Below are positions 17,210-27,004 of a stretch of 33,365 nucleotides of DNA, piece after piece; position 1 is the stretch's first letter; the number at the start of each line of letters is the position of its first letter. The notes beneath the pieces are model-generated. The model was given only the letters and a program-made list of their open reading frames with translations. It was not told where the DNA came from and made no database searches. The stretch comes from Desulfobacterales bacterium (lineage in GTDB: Bacteria > Desulfobacterota > Desulfobacteria > Desulfobacterales > C00003106), in NCBI GenBank assembly GCA_030594505.1, contig JAUVFC010000001.1, forward strand, positions 1 to 33,365. Direction: 5' to 3'. A program made the translations under genes and the position numbers.

Positions 17210-17224
17210 TCGTCAATCTTCAAT
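17155..17224. repeat. ATTGAAG-class heptamer-array hairpin in the rplB-rpsS junction
   Basis: attgacg + 3 x attgaag (17155..17182), a 14-nt loop, then cttcaat cgtcaat cgtcaat cttcaat (17197..17224). 28 positions: 25 Watson-Crick and 3 mismatches. Confidence 0.9.
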
Positions 17225-17234
17225 CCGAAATATC

Positions 17235-18023
17235 CTACTTTCTTTTTACGGTCTTATAACCCTTTGTGGGCACTCCCCACGGCGTTACAGGGTGTCGTCC
17301 GCCTGAACTTTTACCCTCTCCACCTCCATGCGGATGATCTACGGGATTCATGGCAACTCCCCGTACTTTTGGCCGCCTACCCAACCAGCGCTTTCTTCCA
17401 GCCTTACCCAATGAAACATTTTCATGATCTACATGACCAACCTGACCGATTGTTGCCCAGCAGCCGACAAGTATCCGTCGAACTTCACCGGATGGGAGTT
17501 TAACGTGTGCGTATTTCCCTTCTTTGGCTACAAGTTGCGCATATGTTCCGGCGCTTCGAACAATCTGCCCCCCTTTCCCTACTCGCAACTCCACGTTGTG
17601 AATCTGGGTTCCAAGGGGGATACTCCCCAATGGAAGGGCATTGCCCGGCTTGATATCCGCCTTTTCGCTCGCAATCACTTTAGCCCCTACCGAGAGATTG
17701 ACCGGCGCCACAATGTATCGTTTCTCCCCGTCCACATAATGTAAAAGCGCGATTCGGGCTGACCGGTTCGGATCATATTCTATTGCTGCCACCTTGGCTG
17801 GAATCTCTCTTTTATCTCTTTTAAAATCTATCAAACGATAGCGGCGCTTATGACCGCCCCCTCTATGGCGACATGTTACACGACCATTTGAATTACGACC
17901 GCCCGTTTTTGTTAAACCCTTGGCTAAACTTTTTTCAGGGGACAATCGAGTGATTTCATCAAACGTATTATATGATTGCGCCCTCCGCCCCGGGGAGGTC
18001 GGCTTTACTGTTCTTGTGCCCAT
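17235..18023 (-). CDS. rplB: 50S ribosomal protein L2
   Basis: ..[22 protein letters not shown]... Confidence 0.97.
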   Translation of the reverse strand: MGTRTVKPTSPGRRAQSYNTFDEITRLSPEKSLAKGLTKTGGRNSNGRVTCRHRGGGHKRRYRLIDFKRDKREIPAKVAAIEYDPNRSARIALLHYVDGEKRYIVAPVNLSVGAKVIASEKADIKPGNALPLGSIPLGTQIHNVELRVGKGGQIVRSAGTYAQLVAKEGKYAHVKLPSGEVRRILVGCWATIGQVGHVDHENVSLGKAGRKRWLGRRPKVRGVAMNPVDHPHGGGEGKSSGGRHPVTPWGVPTKGYKTVKRK

Positions 18024-18053
18024 GGTCTACCTCATTCTAAATTGACGATCCAA

Positions 18054-18341
18054 CTACGCTCCTTCAAAAAATTCGATACGTTCTCCGGCGCCAAGCGTCA
18101 CTATCGCCTTTTTCCAATTTCGACGTTTACCGATGGCCCTGCCTGTGCGCTTCTTTTTCCCTATCATATGAATCGTACGAACTTTTAATACTCGAACATT
18201 AAAAATCGACTCAATAGCCCTTCGGATCTCAACCTTATTCGCCCTTGGCGCAACCTCAAATACCAATTGGTTGTTATTCTCTTTGTTAATAGTGCTCTTC
18301 TCAGTAACTAAAGGTCTTCGAATGATCTGATATTCGTTCAC
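18054..18341 (-). CDS. rplW: 50S ribosomal protein L23
   Basis: ..[12 protein letters not shown]......VFEV...ANK.EI..A.E..F.V.V..V.T.. Confidence 0.94.
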   Translation of the reverse strand: MNEYQIIRRPLVTEKSTINKENNNQLVFEVAPRANKVEIRRAIESIFNVRVLKVRTIHMIGKKKRTGRAIGKRRNWKKAIVTLGAGERIEFFEGA

Positions 18342-18961
18342 GGGAGCAACCTCTTCTCTATCTGTTTTATAGCCGACTCTAATAGTACAAGGCGCTTGAA
18401 CTTCAAGATATCATAGACGTTTAGTCCTTCCGCCCGCAAGACTTTGACATCCGGAACATTTCCAGAAGAAAGTTCCAGGGTTTCATTCGCGGCATCAGTA
18501 ACAATCAAGGCATTGTCGGTCTTTAAGCTTTTCATGGCCTCAACAAAGCGCTTTGTCTTGATCTCCCCGAGATCAAATCGGTCCAAAATCAGAAGATCCT
18601 CATCCCTGCGTTTAGTTGCCAACGCCATCCTAAGCGCCTGCTTCCGTATCTTTTTGGAGACCTTGAGGGCAAAACTTCTGGGTGACGGTCCAAAAACCGT
18701 TCCGCCGCCTCGCATAAGAGGAGAACGTATGGTGCCGGCCCTCGCGCGCCCTGTTCCCTTCTGCCGATAAGGCTTCCCGCCTCCGCCTCGCACATCCGAA
18801 CGCCCCTTGGTTGACGCAGTTCCTGATCGCCTGTTTGCCAACTGCATAACCACAACTTGATGAAGAATATGATTTTTCACCGGCACATCAAAAATATCCG
18901 GTGACAGTTCTATTTCAGAAACCTTGTCTCCTTGTATGTTATATACATCCACCATGCCCAT
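18338..18961 (-). CDS. rplD: 50S ribosomal protein L4
   Basis: ..[51 protein letters not shown].. ATG at 18961 after GGAG. Confidence 0.95.
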   Translation of the reverse strand: MGMVDVYNIQGDKVSEIELSPDIFDVPVKNHILHQVVVMQLANRRSGTASTKGRSDVRGGGGKPYRQKGTGRARAGTIRSPLMRGGGTVFGPSPRSFALKVSKKIRKQALRMALATKRRDEDLLILDRFDLGEIKTKRFVEAMKSLKTDNALIVTDAANETLELSSGNVPDVKVLRAEGLNVYDILKFKRLVLLESAIKQIEKRLLP

Positions 18962-19016
18962 TTTTAGTCTCCGGCTTCCCCGCTATAAGATTCTTTTTCC
19001 AGCGTATCTCTGGACA

Positions 19017-19643
19017 TCAAACTTTCCGTTTTCTCACTTCCACCAAGCCGCCGCGGCTCCCGGGAATTGCTCCTTTTATGATCAAAAGATTCTGTTCCGG
19101 TCGCACATCCACAACTTCCAGGCCTTTAACGGTAACACGACTGTTCCCGTAATGTCCCGGAAGTTTCTTTCCCTTCATTACCTTTGCCGGCCAAGCACAC
19201 TGCCCAATGGCGCCAGGCACCCGGTGAGAATGAGACCCGTGGGTTTTCCCGCCCCCATGGAATCCCCATCGTTTAATAACACCGGCATAGCCCCGGCCTT
19301 TGGAAATGCCGGATATGTCAACACGTTCACCTGTTTTAAATATATCAACAGTCAGCGTTTGTCCCTCTTCAAATTCGGAACAATTGTCTGCAGGAAATTC
19401 CAGCAGAAAGCCAAAAGCACGCCCCCCGCTTTTTTTAAAATGTCCGGCCAACGGTCGGTTAACCTTTTTCTGACTCTTTTCCTCAAAACCGATCTGTAAG
19501 GCCTCATACCCATCCGTATCCTGAGTCTTTATCCGGGTAACCACACACGGTCCAACCTGGAGAACGGTTACCGGCAAGCGATGTCCGTCCGAGGAAAAGA
19601 TGCTCGTCATACCTATTTTTTTTGCCAACACTCCTTTTATCAT
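19017..19643 (-). CDS. rplC: 50S ribosomal protein L3
   Basis: MIKGVLAKKIGMTSIFSSDG..PVTVLQ.GPC.V... Internal ATG at 19643 chosen to match the conserved N-terminus. Confidence 0.94.
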   Translation of the reverse strand: MIKGVLAKKIGMTSIFSSDGHRLPVTVLQVGPCVVTRIKTQDTDGYEALQIGFEEKSQKKVNRPLAGHFKKSGGRAFGFLLEFPADNCSEFEEGQTLTVDIFKTGERVDISGISKGRGYAGVIKRWGFHGGGKTHGSHSHRVPGAIGQCAWPAKVMKGKKLPGHYGNSRVTVKGLEVVDVRPEQNLLIIKGAIPGSRGGLVEVRKRKV

Positions 19644-19693
19644 TGTTCCGTCCCTATCTAGTATCCAGCCGGAAATGGACACTATTTAACCAG

Positions 19694-19714
19694 AAAAAAC
19701 GCCCCCAAGGGGCG
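19694..19714 (-). terminator. intrinsic-terminator-like GC hairpin + T6, 50 nt upstream of rplC
   Basis: The - strand reads cgcccc-ttg-ggggcg followed by tttttt: 6 G-C pairs at 19700..19705 / 19709..19714, and the T-tract at 19699..19694. Confidence 0.5.
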
Positions 19715-19810
19715 CTTCGCCTCTGCGCCGCTTAAAGATATCTCCTTTTGAGCCCTCTGCAAAGGCCTCACTTTGGAGATCTTAAAGCTGGCCGATTAAT
19801 TTACTCTAAT

Positions 19811-19974
19811 GAGCCAGTTTCAAAACGTTCAATTTTGTCCAAGGTCAAGCAAGGCGAAGATTTTAACCGCAGCTCCGCCTCAGGCGGATCGAGGATAGCG
19901 CTGACGCTTCACTTCGTGCAAAATCTGAGCCTTACGCAGAGATTGGGCAAAAGGGGACGTTTTGAAACTGCCTC
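19811..19974. repeat. 164-bp TIR-bounded structured element, homologous to 22106..22262
   Basis: gagccagtttcaaaacgt (19811..19828) and acgttttgaaactgcctc (19957..19974) match at 17 of 18 positions. An inner stem pairs ttttgtcc with gggcaaaa. The core ..ccgcctcaggcggatcgaggatag.. is shared with the element at 22166..22189. Confidence 0.85.
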
Positions 19975-20027
19975 AATGGTAAAAAAATCTGCTATGGTGC
20001 AAGAGCGATCGATCTTGTGATCGAATG

Positions 20028-20339
20028 TCAGAGTTTAATTTCCACATCCACACCCGCGGACAGGTCTAGTTTCATAAGTGCATCCACGGTCTGTTGTGTG
20101 GGTTCTAATATGTCCAACAACCTCTTATGGGTCCTGATTTCAAACTGTTCTCGTGACTTTTTATCCTTGTGAGGCGATCTAAGAACACAATACTTGTTGA
20201 TCTTCGTCGGCAGCGGTATCGGTCCTGCGATTTTGGCCCCCGTTCGCTTAGCCGTATCAACAATATCCACAGCTGCCTGATCTAAGAGCTTATGATCATA
20301 AGCTCTTAACCGAATCCTGATCTTCTGATTCATCATCAT
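20028..20339 (-). CDS. rpsJ: 30S ribosomal protein S10
   Basis: ..[17 protein letters not shown]....IV.TAKRTGA...GPIPLPT... Three consecutive ATGs at 20339..20331, so the exact start is uncertain. Confidence 0.95.
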   Translation of the reverse strand: MMMNQKIRIRLRAYDHKLLDQAAVDIVDTAKRTGAKIAGPIPLPTKINKYCVLRSPHKDKKSREQFEIRTHKRLLDILEPTQQTVDALMKLDLSAGVDVEIKL

Positions 20340-20357
20340 AGTTACTACCTATTAGCC

Positions 20358-20380
20358 AATCTGAGCTGTCATCTCAGATT
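20358..20380 (-). other. 8-bp stem-loop spanning the tuf stop codon
   Basis: aatctgag-ctgtcat-ctcagatt. The tuf TAA is at 20381..20379. No T-tract follows, so tuf and rpsJ (39 nt apart) are probably co-transcribed. Confidence 0.4.
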
Positions 20381-21578
20381 ATTCTATTACTTCACTGATA
20401 ACACCGGCGCCAACCGTGCGTCCGCCTTCACGGATAGCAAAGCGGAGCTCTTTTTCCATCGCAATCGGAGTAATCAGATCCGCGTCTATCGATACGTTGT
20501 CGCCGGGCATTACCATCTCTATGCCTTCAGGAAGATTTACCACTCCGGTCACATCTGTTGTGCGAAAGTAAAACTGCGGACGGTAGCCGTTGAAAAATGG
20601 GGTGTGACGTCCGCCTTCTTCTTTCGTCAATATGTACACTTCTGCCTTGAATTTCGTGTGCGGGGTGATTGTGCCGGGCTTGGACACTACCTGACCACGC
20701 TCTACTTCCTCTCGCTTAGTACCTCGGAGCAGTACCCCTATGTTGTCTCCTGCCTGACCCTCATCCAGCAGCTTCCGGAACATCTCAACTCCGGTACATA
20801 CGGTCTTGGAGGTGGGACGTATTCCTACGATCTCCACATCATCGCCTACATGGATAATCCCTCGGTCTACCCGACCGGTCACAACCGTGCCGCGCCCGGA
20901 TATGCTGAATACGTCTTCTATCGGCATCAAAAACGGCTTCTCTGTGTCTCGAACAGGGTCGGGGATGAAATCGTCTACCGCGTCCATCAGTTTCCATATC
21001 GGACCGCAGTTCTCGCATTCACGCTTGCCGCAGCCGCATTCCAGGGCCTTTAACGCGGAACCGGGGATGATCGGCGTGTCATCACCGGGAAAATCATACT
21101 TTGAAAGCAACTCACGCAGTTCCAGATCTACCAGTTCGATCAGTTCTTCGTCGTCAACCATATCTATCTTGTTCAGAAATACTACTATGTTCGGCACACC
21201 TACCTGACGCGCTAATAATATATGTTCACGGGTCTGCGGCATGGGGCCGTCATCAGCGCCGACTACCAGGATCGCTCCGTCCATCTGAGCCGCGCCGGTG
21301 ATCATGTTCTTGATATAGTCCGCATGGCCGGGACAGTCCACATGAGCATAATGTCGGGTCACTGTCTCGTATTCAACATGCGCCGTCGCAATCGTTATTC
21401 CGCGCTCCCTCTCTTCAGGGGCCTTGTCTATGTTGTCAAATGAGACATATTCCGCCTGACCTGCCGCTGCCAGGCAACGCGTAATGGCCGCCGTCAATGT
21501 CGTCTTACCATGGTCTATATGTCCTATCGTACCTACATTCACATGCGGCTTTGTCCGCTCAAATTTCTTCTTCGCCAT
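20379..21578 (-). CDS. tuf: elongation factor Tu
   Basis: ..[22 protein letters not shown].. GTPase motifs. 399 aa. AAGGAGG RBS. Confidence 0.98.
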   Translation of the reverse strand: MAKKKFERTKPHVNVGTIGHIDHGKTTLTAAITRCLAAAGQAEYVSFDNIDKAPEERERGITIATAHVEYETVTRHYAHVDCPGHADYIKNMITGAAQMDGAILVVGADDGPMPQTREHILLARQVGVPNIVVFLNKIDMVDDEELIELVDLELRELLSKYDFPGDDTPIIPGSALKALECGCGKRECENCGPIWKLMDAVDDFIPDPVRDTEKPFLMPIEDVFSISGRGTVVTGRVDRGIIHVGDDVEIVGIRPTSKTVCTGVEMFRKLLDEGQAGDNIGVLLRGTKREEVERGQVVSKPGTITPHTKFKAEVYILTKEEGGRHTPFFNGYRPQFYFRTTDVTGVVNLPEGIEMVMPGDNVSIDADLITPIAMEKELRFAIREGGRTVGAGVISEVIE

Positions 21579-21601
21579 GACGCATCCTCCTTGCTAACAG
21601 C

Positions 21602-22093
<492 letters not shown>

Positions 22094-22105
22094 CTAATAT
22101 TACTT

Positions 22106-22262
22106 AGTGTCCATTCAGAAATGGTATATTTTGGCCGCACAAAGGTTTCTACCGCAGGCGCAGTCCCGCCCAGGCGGGATCGAGAATAGAAAACCTGCGG
22201 CTTCCTGCTCGTAGAGAAAACGCAGTATTGGGGCAAAAGATGCCGTTTCCGTGATGGACACT
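22106..22262. repeat. 157-bp TIR-bounded structured element, homologous to 19811..19974
   Basis: agtgtccat (22106..22114) and atggacact (22254..22262). Cores ccgcccaggcgggatcgagaatag (22166..22189) and acgcagtattggggcaaaag (22220..22239) match the other copy. The right end overlaps the rpsL stop codon. Confidence 0.85.
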
Positions 22263-22632
22263 ACTTGGGCTTTTTGGCCCCATACTTCGACCGGCCCTGT
22301 TTACGATCTTGAACTCCGATGGAATCGAGCGTACCCCGCACAACATGATATCGTACACCAGGCAAATCCTTCACACGTCCTCCCCTAACCAAGATCACGG
22401 AATGTTCCTGCAAGTTATGTCCTATTCCAGGGATATAAGAGGTTACCTCGATTCCATTTGTTAACCGAACACGAGCCACTTTCCTTAAGGCTGAATTCGG
22501 TTTTTTAGGGGTAGACGTATACACTCTGACGCACACCCCGCGTTTTTGGGGGCACGCCTTTAAAGCCGGCGTATTTGTCTTGTTCTTTAACCGTACTCGG
22601 CCTTTCCTTATTAATTGGTTGATAGTAGGCAT
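22261..22632 (-). CDS. rpsL: 30S ribosomal protein S12
   Basis: [12 protein letters not shown]....K...[31 protein letters not shown]... ATG at 22632 after GAGGA. The longer ORF-track start was rejected. Confidence 0.96.
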   Translation of the reverse strand: MPTINQLIRKGRVRLKNKTNTPALKACPQKRGVCVRVYTSTPKKPNSALRKVARVRLTNGIEVTSYIPGIGHNLQEHSVILVRGGRVKDLPGVRYHVVRGTLDSIGVQDRKQGRSKYGAKKPK

Positions 22633-22648
22633 AATGTCCTCATTATTT

Positions 22649-22685
22649 GAGACCCTTGCAAAATGTGACATTTTGCAAGGGTCTC
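22649..22685 (-). promoter_or_regulatory. perfect 16-18 bp palindromic stem-loop in the rpsL 5' leader
   Basis: gagacccttgcaaaatgt (22649..22666) and acattttgcaagggtctc (22668..22685). It ends 16 nt upstream of the rpsL ATG, next to the RBS. Confidence 0.7.
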
Positions 22686-22749
22686 TTTTAAATACGCAGC
22701 AACGTACGCTTATTTTTTATATGGTACCGCCCGTGAATCGAAAAGAGTA

Positions 22750-22778
22750 TATTTACTAACATTATTCTTTTATGTCAA
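22750..22778 (-). promoter_or_regulatory. candidate sigma-70 type promoter for rpsL
   Basis: The - strand reads TTGACA (22778..22773), a 17-nt spacer, then TAAATA (22755..22750). The -35 is perfect and the -10 is weak. Confidence 0.3.
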
Positions 22779-22779
22779 C

Positions 22780-22837
22780 AAAAAAATTTGCTCTTCTCAG
22801 CCGCGCTTTGCTTTGCAACGGTCTATAAAAGAGCGAA
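22780..22837 (-). terminator. possible rpoC terminator (weak)
   Basis: The - strand reads ttcGCTCTT, a 33-nt loop, AAGAGCaaa, then T7 (22786..22780). The large loop and short stem make it weak. Confidence 0.25.
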
Positions 22838-22846
22838 AACTCATAA

Positions 22847-25800
22847 TTACTCATTCCCGCCGGCAGCGCCGGCTTCCGTTTCTGCCTGCGCATCATCAAC
22901 AGTAGTAATGGAAATCTTCTTGTATTGACCAACACCGGTCCCGGACGGTATAATGCGCCCCATAATGACATTTTCTTTCAATCCCCGCAAGGTATCCACC
23001 TTTCCCCCGATAGCGGCATCCGCCAGCACCTTCGTGGTCTCCTGAAATGAAGCAGCGGAAATAAAGCTTTCAGTGCTCAGCGACGCCTTTGTAATTCCGA
23101 GAAGGAGGGGTTCAGCAGTGGCCGGGGCGCCACCTTCTTTGAGAATGCGCTCGTTGGCATCTCCAAATGTCCGCCTTTCAACCTGTTCATCCAACAAGAA
23201 GTCTGTATCACCCGGATCGGTCACTCTGACTCTCTTGAGCATCTGTCGCACAATGACCTCAATGTGTTTGTCGTTGATACGAACCCCCTGAAGCCGATAG
23301 ACCTCCTGAACTTCATCGACCAAATACCGCGCAAGTTCCTGCACTCCCAGGACATTTAAGATGTCGTGCGGATTAGCGGAACCTTCCATCAATGATTCGC
23401 CGGCCCGGATATAGTCTCCTTCATGCACGCTTATATGCTTTCCTTTTGGAACCAAATATTCCTTCTTGTCACCAACCTCGGGGGTAACGGTAACTTTTCT
23501 CTTCCCTTTTATTCCCTTGGAAAAGCTGATATATCCGTCAATCTCGCTGATAATGGCAGTCTCTTTCGGTTTTCTAACCTCAAAGAGCTCAGCCACACGG
23601 GGAAGACCACCCGTAATGTCTTTAGTCTTTGTAGTTTCTCGTGGAATCTTCGCAATAATATCTCCTGCCGCAACCGTATCGCCTTCTGATGCCATCAAAA
23701 TAGCATTCAACGGCAGAATATATCTGGCATCTCTTTTTGTACCAGGGATTTTGGTAGTCTTTCCGCTCTCATCTTTAATCGATATCCTGGGACGTAATTC
23801 AGTCTCTTTGTATTCCACAATCACCATACTCGCTTTTCCAGTCACCGGATCGACTTTTTCCGTCATGGTACGACCAACAATGACATCGCCAAACCTAACC
23901 TTACCCGAGGCCTCGGTCAAAATCGGCATGGTATATGGATCCCATAGCGCAATTAAATCGCCCGTGACAACCGGATCATCATCTTTTTTAACGAGATGCG
24001 CTCCATAGATAACCGGATATCGTTCTCGTTCGCGTCCGTTCGGGCTTACAATAGCGATCTCGCCGTTACGGTTCATTGCCACCAACTCGCCATCTGCATT
24101 GCCAACAGTCTCCAGGTTGATAAACTTAACCGTTCCCTTGTTTCTCGCCTTTATATCTGCCTGCTCCACCCTTCGGCTGGCAGTTCCTCCGATATGAAAG
24201 GTCCTCATGGTAAGCTGTGTTCCTGGTTCTCCGATAGACTGAGCAGCCAGGATACCGATTGCCTGTCCGACCTCTACCGGTCTCCCATAGGCCAAATCCC
24301 GGCCATAACACTTAGCGCAAGCACCACTCTTCGCGTGACATGTTAGAACCGATCTGATCTTCACCCGCTCCAGGCCTGCTTCGTCGATCTTTTTAACCTT
24401 TGCCTCGTCGATCTCCTCACCCGCCTTGACCAATATTTGATCTGCAAACGGATCCCGTATATCTTTCAATGCAACCCGGCCAAGCACACGTTCTCCAACC
24501 CGTTGAATGATTTCACCGCCTTCCATGAGCGATTTTACTTCAATACCATCGACAGTTCCGCAGTCTTGCTCTGTTATGATCGACTCCTGCGCCACATCCA
24601 CCAAACGCCGGGTTAAGTAGCCGGAATTTGCAGTCTTTAAAGCAGTGTCCGCCAAACCTTTCCGCGCGCCATGGGTAGAAATAAAGTATTGGAGCACGGT
24701 GAGCCCCTCCCGGAAATTTGCCGTTATAGGGGTTTCAATAATTTCGCCGGACGGCTTGGCCATCAAACCACGCATCCCGGCCAATTGGCGCATCTGGTCC
24801 TTGCTGCCTCTGGATCCGGAATCGGCCATGATATATATGGAATTAAAACTTTCCTTCTTGAGAATCTCGCCATCTTCTCCACAGACAACCTTGCCATTTT
24901 CATCCACCACCGGCACCATCTTCATCTCTTCCATCATTTCATTGGCAACTTCGTCCGTAGCCTTGGCCCAGATATCAACAACCTTGTTATATTTTTCGCC
25001 CTGGGTGATCAGGCCCTCCACGTACTGTTCCTCAATCTCCTTTACTTCCTTTTCGGCGACTTTCAGAATAATCTCTTTCTTTGGAGGTATGACCATATCA
25101 TGCACTGACACTGAGATCGCTGCCTTAGTGGCATAATAAAAACCCAGGTCCTTCAACCTGTCAGTGAGGATAACGGTCGTTTTGATACCAAGGGTTCGAT
25201 AACATTGATTAATTAAATTCCGCAGGGCCTTCTTGTCCATAACCTTGTTGATCACATCAAAAAAAATCGCAGGCGGTACAATCTCCTTGAAAATAATACG
25301 CCCCACTGTAGTATCGACCCGTTTCCCGTCCATACGGACCTGTATAGGGGCATGTAGTCCTGCTATGCCGGCGTCATAAGCAATACGAACTTCTTCAGGA
25401 TTTGCAAAGATCTTCCCTGCTCCCTTTTCACTCGATACGACACGAGTAAGGTAATATATCCCCAATACAATATCCTGAGTCGGAACAATAATCGGCTCTC
25501 CACTGGCCGGAGACAGAATATTGTTCGTGGACATCATCAGCACACGCGCCTCAATTTGTGCCTCTATGGAAAGGGGAATGTGGACCGCCATTTGGTCTCC
25601 ATCAAAGTCTGCGTTAAAGGCTGTGCAGACTAAAGGGTGGAGCTGAACGGCCTTCCCCTCAATCAGAGTCGGCTCAAATGCCTGTATGCCGAGGCGGTGT
25701 AAGGTGGGAGCCCGGTTCAACATAATAGGGTATTCTTTTACTACTTCATCCAGGGTGTCCCAGACTTCCGGGATCTCCCGTTCCACCATTCTTTTGGCGC

Positions 25801-26986
25801 TCTTTATAGTGGTAACGTAACCCTTGGCTTCCAGTCGACTGTAAACAAATGGTTTAAACAGCTCTAAAGCCATCTGCTTGGGAAGCCCGCATTGATGCAG
25901 ACGCAATTCCGGTCCAACAACAATAACCGTTCTACCGGAATAGTCAACGCGTTTCCCCAATAGATTCTGGCGGAATCGTCCCTGTTTCCCCTTGAGCATA
26001 TCACTTAATGATTTGAGAGGCCGTTTATTGGTCCCGGTAACAGTCTTGCCTCTTCTCCCGTTGTCAAACAAGACATCCACTGCTTCCTGAAGCATCCTTT
26101 TCTCATTACGTATGATGATATCCGGAGCATGCAGCTCCTGGAGTCTTTTCAGACGATTATTTCTGTTGATGACCCGCCTGTAAAGATCGTTTAGATCAGA
26201 AGTGGCAAAACGCCCTCCTTCCAGAGGGACCAGGGGACGTAAATCAGGCGGCAATACAGGGACGACATCCATGATCATCCATTCCGGGCGATTAATAGAT
26301 CGTCTAAAGGCCTCGACTACCTTAAGCCGTTTAAAGCACTTCTTTTTCGTAGCTTCTGAACCGGTATTCCGTATTTCCTCGCGAAGATCAGCATAAAGCC
26401 GGTCTAAATCTATCTGCGCCAAAAGCCTTTTGATCGCTTCAGCGCCAATCCCGGCTTCAAAGCCTCGCCCATACTTTTCACGGGCATCGTTATATTTTTC
26501 TTCCGTCAGGATTTCTTTATACTTCAGAGGAGTATTCTTGGGATCTGTGACAACATATGCATCAAAATAAAGAGCCTTCTCCAATTCTTTCATGGTAAGA
26601 TCGAGAAGGTTTCCGATTTTGCTCGGAAGGCTTTTTAAAAACCAGATATGGGCGACAGGAGTAGCCAACTTAATATGCCCCATCCGCTCTCTGCGCACTT
26701 TGGACTGTATGACTTCTACTCCGCACTTTTCACATACCACACCCCGGTGTTTCATTCGCTTGTATTTACCGCAATTGCACTCGTAATCTTTTGTCGGCCC
26801 GAATATTTTGGCACAGAAGAGCCCGTCTCGTTCAGGTTTGAACGTACGATAATTGATGGTTTCAGGCTTTTTGATCTCACCGTAAGACCATTCCAGTATC
26901 TTTTCGGAAGAAGCGATACAAATTTTAACCGCTTTAAAATCAACCGGATCTTTCGGTTTTGCAAAAAAACTGTAAATATCTTCCAA
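22847..26986 (-). CDS. rpoC: DNA-directed RNA polymerase beta' subunit
   Basis: 1379 aa. Zinc-finger [20 protein letters not shown] and the NADFDGD catalytic motif. TTG start (caa at 26984..26986) after GAGGAG. Confidence 0.98.
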   Translation of the reverse strand: MEDIYSFFAKPKDPVDFKAVKICIASSEKILEWSYGEIKKPETINYRTFKPERDGLFCAKIFGPTKDYECNCGKYKRMKHRGVVCEKCGVEVIQSKVRRERMGHIKLATPVAHIWFLKSLPSKIGNLLDLTMKELEKALYFDAYVVTDPKNTPLKYKEILTEEKYNDAREKYGRGFEAGIGAEAIKRLLAQIDLDRLYADLREEIRNTGSEATKKKCFKRLKVVEAFRRSINRPEWMIMDVVPVLPPDLRPLVPLEGGRFATSDLNDLYRRVINRNNRLKRLQELHAPDIIIRNEKRMLQEAVDVLFDNGRRGKTVTGTNKRPLKSLSDMLKGKQGRFRQNLLGKRVDYSGRTVIVVGPELRLHQCGLPKQMALELFKPFVYSRLEAKGYVTTIKSAKRMVEREIPEVWDTLDEVVKEYPIMLNRAPTLHRLGIQAFEPTLIEGKAVQLHPLVCTAFNADFDGDQMAVHIPLSIEAQIEARVLMMSTNNILSPASGEPIIVPTQDIVLGIYYLTRVVSSEKGAGKIFANPEEVRIAYDAGIAGLHAPIQVRMDGKRVDTTVGRIIFKEIVPPAIFFDVINKVMDKKALRNLINQCYRTLGIKTTVILTDRLKDLGFYYATKAAISVSVHDMVIPPKKEIILKVAEKEVKEIEEQYVEGLITQGEKYNKVVDIWAKATDEVANEMMEEMKMVPVVDENGKVVCGEDGEILKKESFNSIYIMADSGSRGSKDQMRQLAGMRGLMAKPSGEIIETPITANFREGLTVLQYFISTHGARKGLADTALKTANSGYLTRRLVDVAQESIITEQDCGTVDGIEVKSLMEGGEIIQRVGERVLGRVALKDIRDPFADQILVKAGEEIDEAKVKKIDEAGLERVKIRSVLTCHAKSGACAKCYGRDLAYGRPVEVGQAIGILAAQSIGEPGTQLTMRTFHIGGTASRRVEQADIKARNKGTVKFINLETVGNADGELVAMNRNGEIAIVSPNGRERERYPVIYGAHLVKKDDDPVVTGDLIALWDPYTMPILTEASGKVRFGDVIVGRTMTEKVDPVTGKASMVIVEYKETELRPRISIKDESGKTTKIPGTKRDARYILPLNAILMASEGDTVAAGDIIAKIPRETTKTKDITGGLPRVAELFEVRKPKETAIISEIDGYISFSKGIKGKRKVTVTPEVGDKKEYLVPKGKHISVHEGDYIRAGESLMEGSANPHDILNVLGVQELARYLVDEVQEVYRLQGVRINDKHIEVIVRQMLKRVRVTDPGDTDFLLDEQVERRTFGDANERILKEGGAPATAEPLLLGITKASLSTESFISAASFQETTKVLADAAIGGKVDTLRGLKENVIMGRIIPSGTGVGQYKKISITTVDDAQAETEAGAAGGNE

Positions 26987-27004
26987 TGTTTTCTCCTCTA
27001 TTTT

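Noticed and set aside
17155-17224. Heptamer arrays as CRISPR arrays
   Set aside because: The units are 7 nt with no spacers, and the arms are self-complementary. No cas genes are present, so this is not CRISPR architecture.
19811-19974. Single-copy housekeeping ncRNA (SRP RNA or 6S RNA) hidden in the rpsJ-rplC spacer
   Set aside because: There is only a vague resemblance (AGGTCAAGCAAGG) to the SRP domain IV region. A diverged second copy at 22106..22262 and related termini elsewhere argue for a repeat family instead.
19748-20020. 90-aa + strand ORF in the rpsJ-rplC spacer
   Set aside because: It is made almost entirely of the inverted-repeat element. It has no RBS and no recognisable fold or motif, so I treat it as fortuitous.
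23466-25136. + strand ORFs of 145-180 aa (23466..24008, 24645..25136, 24671..25108)
   Set aside because: They are antisense to rpoC. The Ser/Thr/Pro-rich translations are typical of the reverse frame of a conserved gene.
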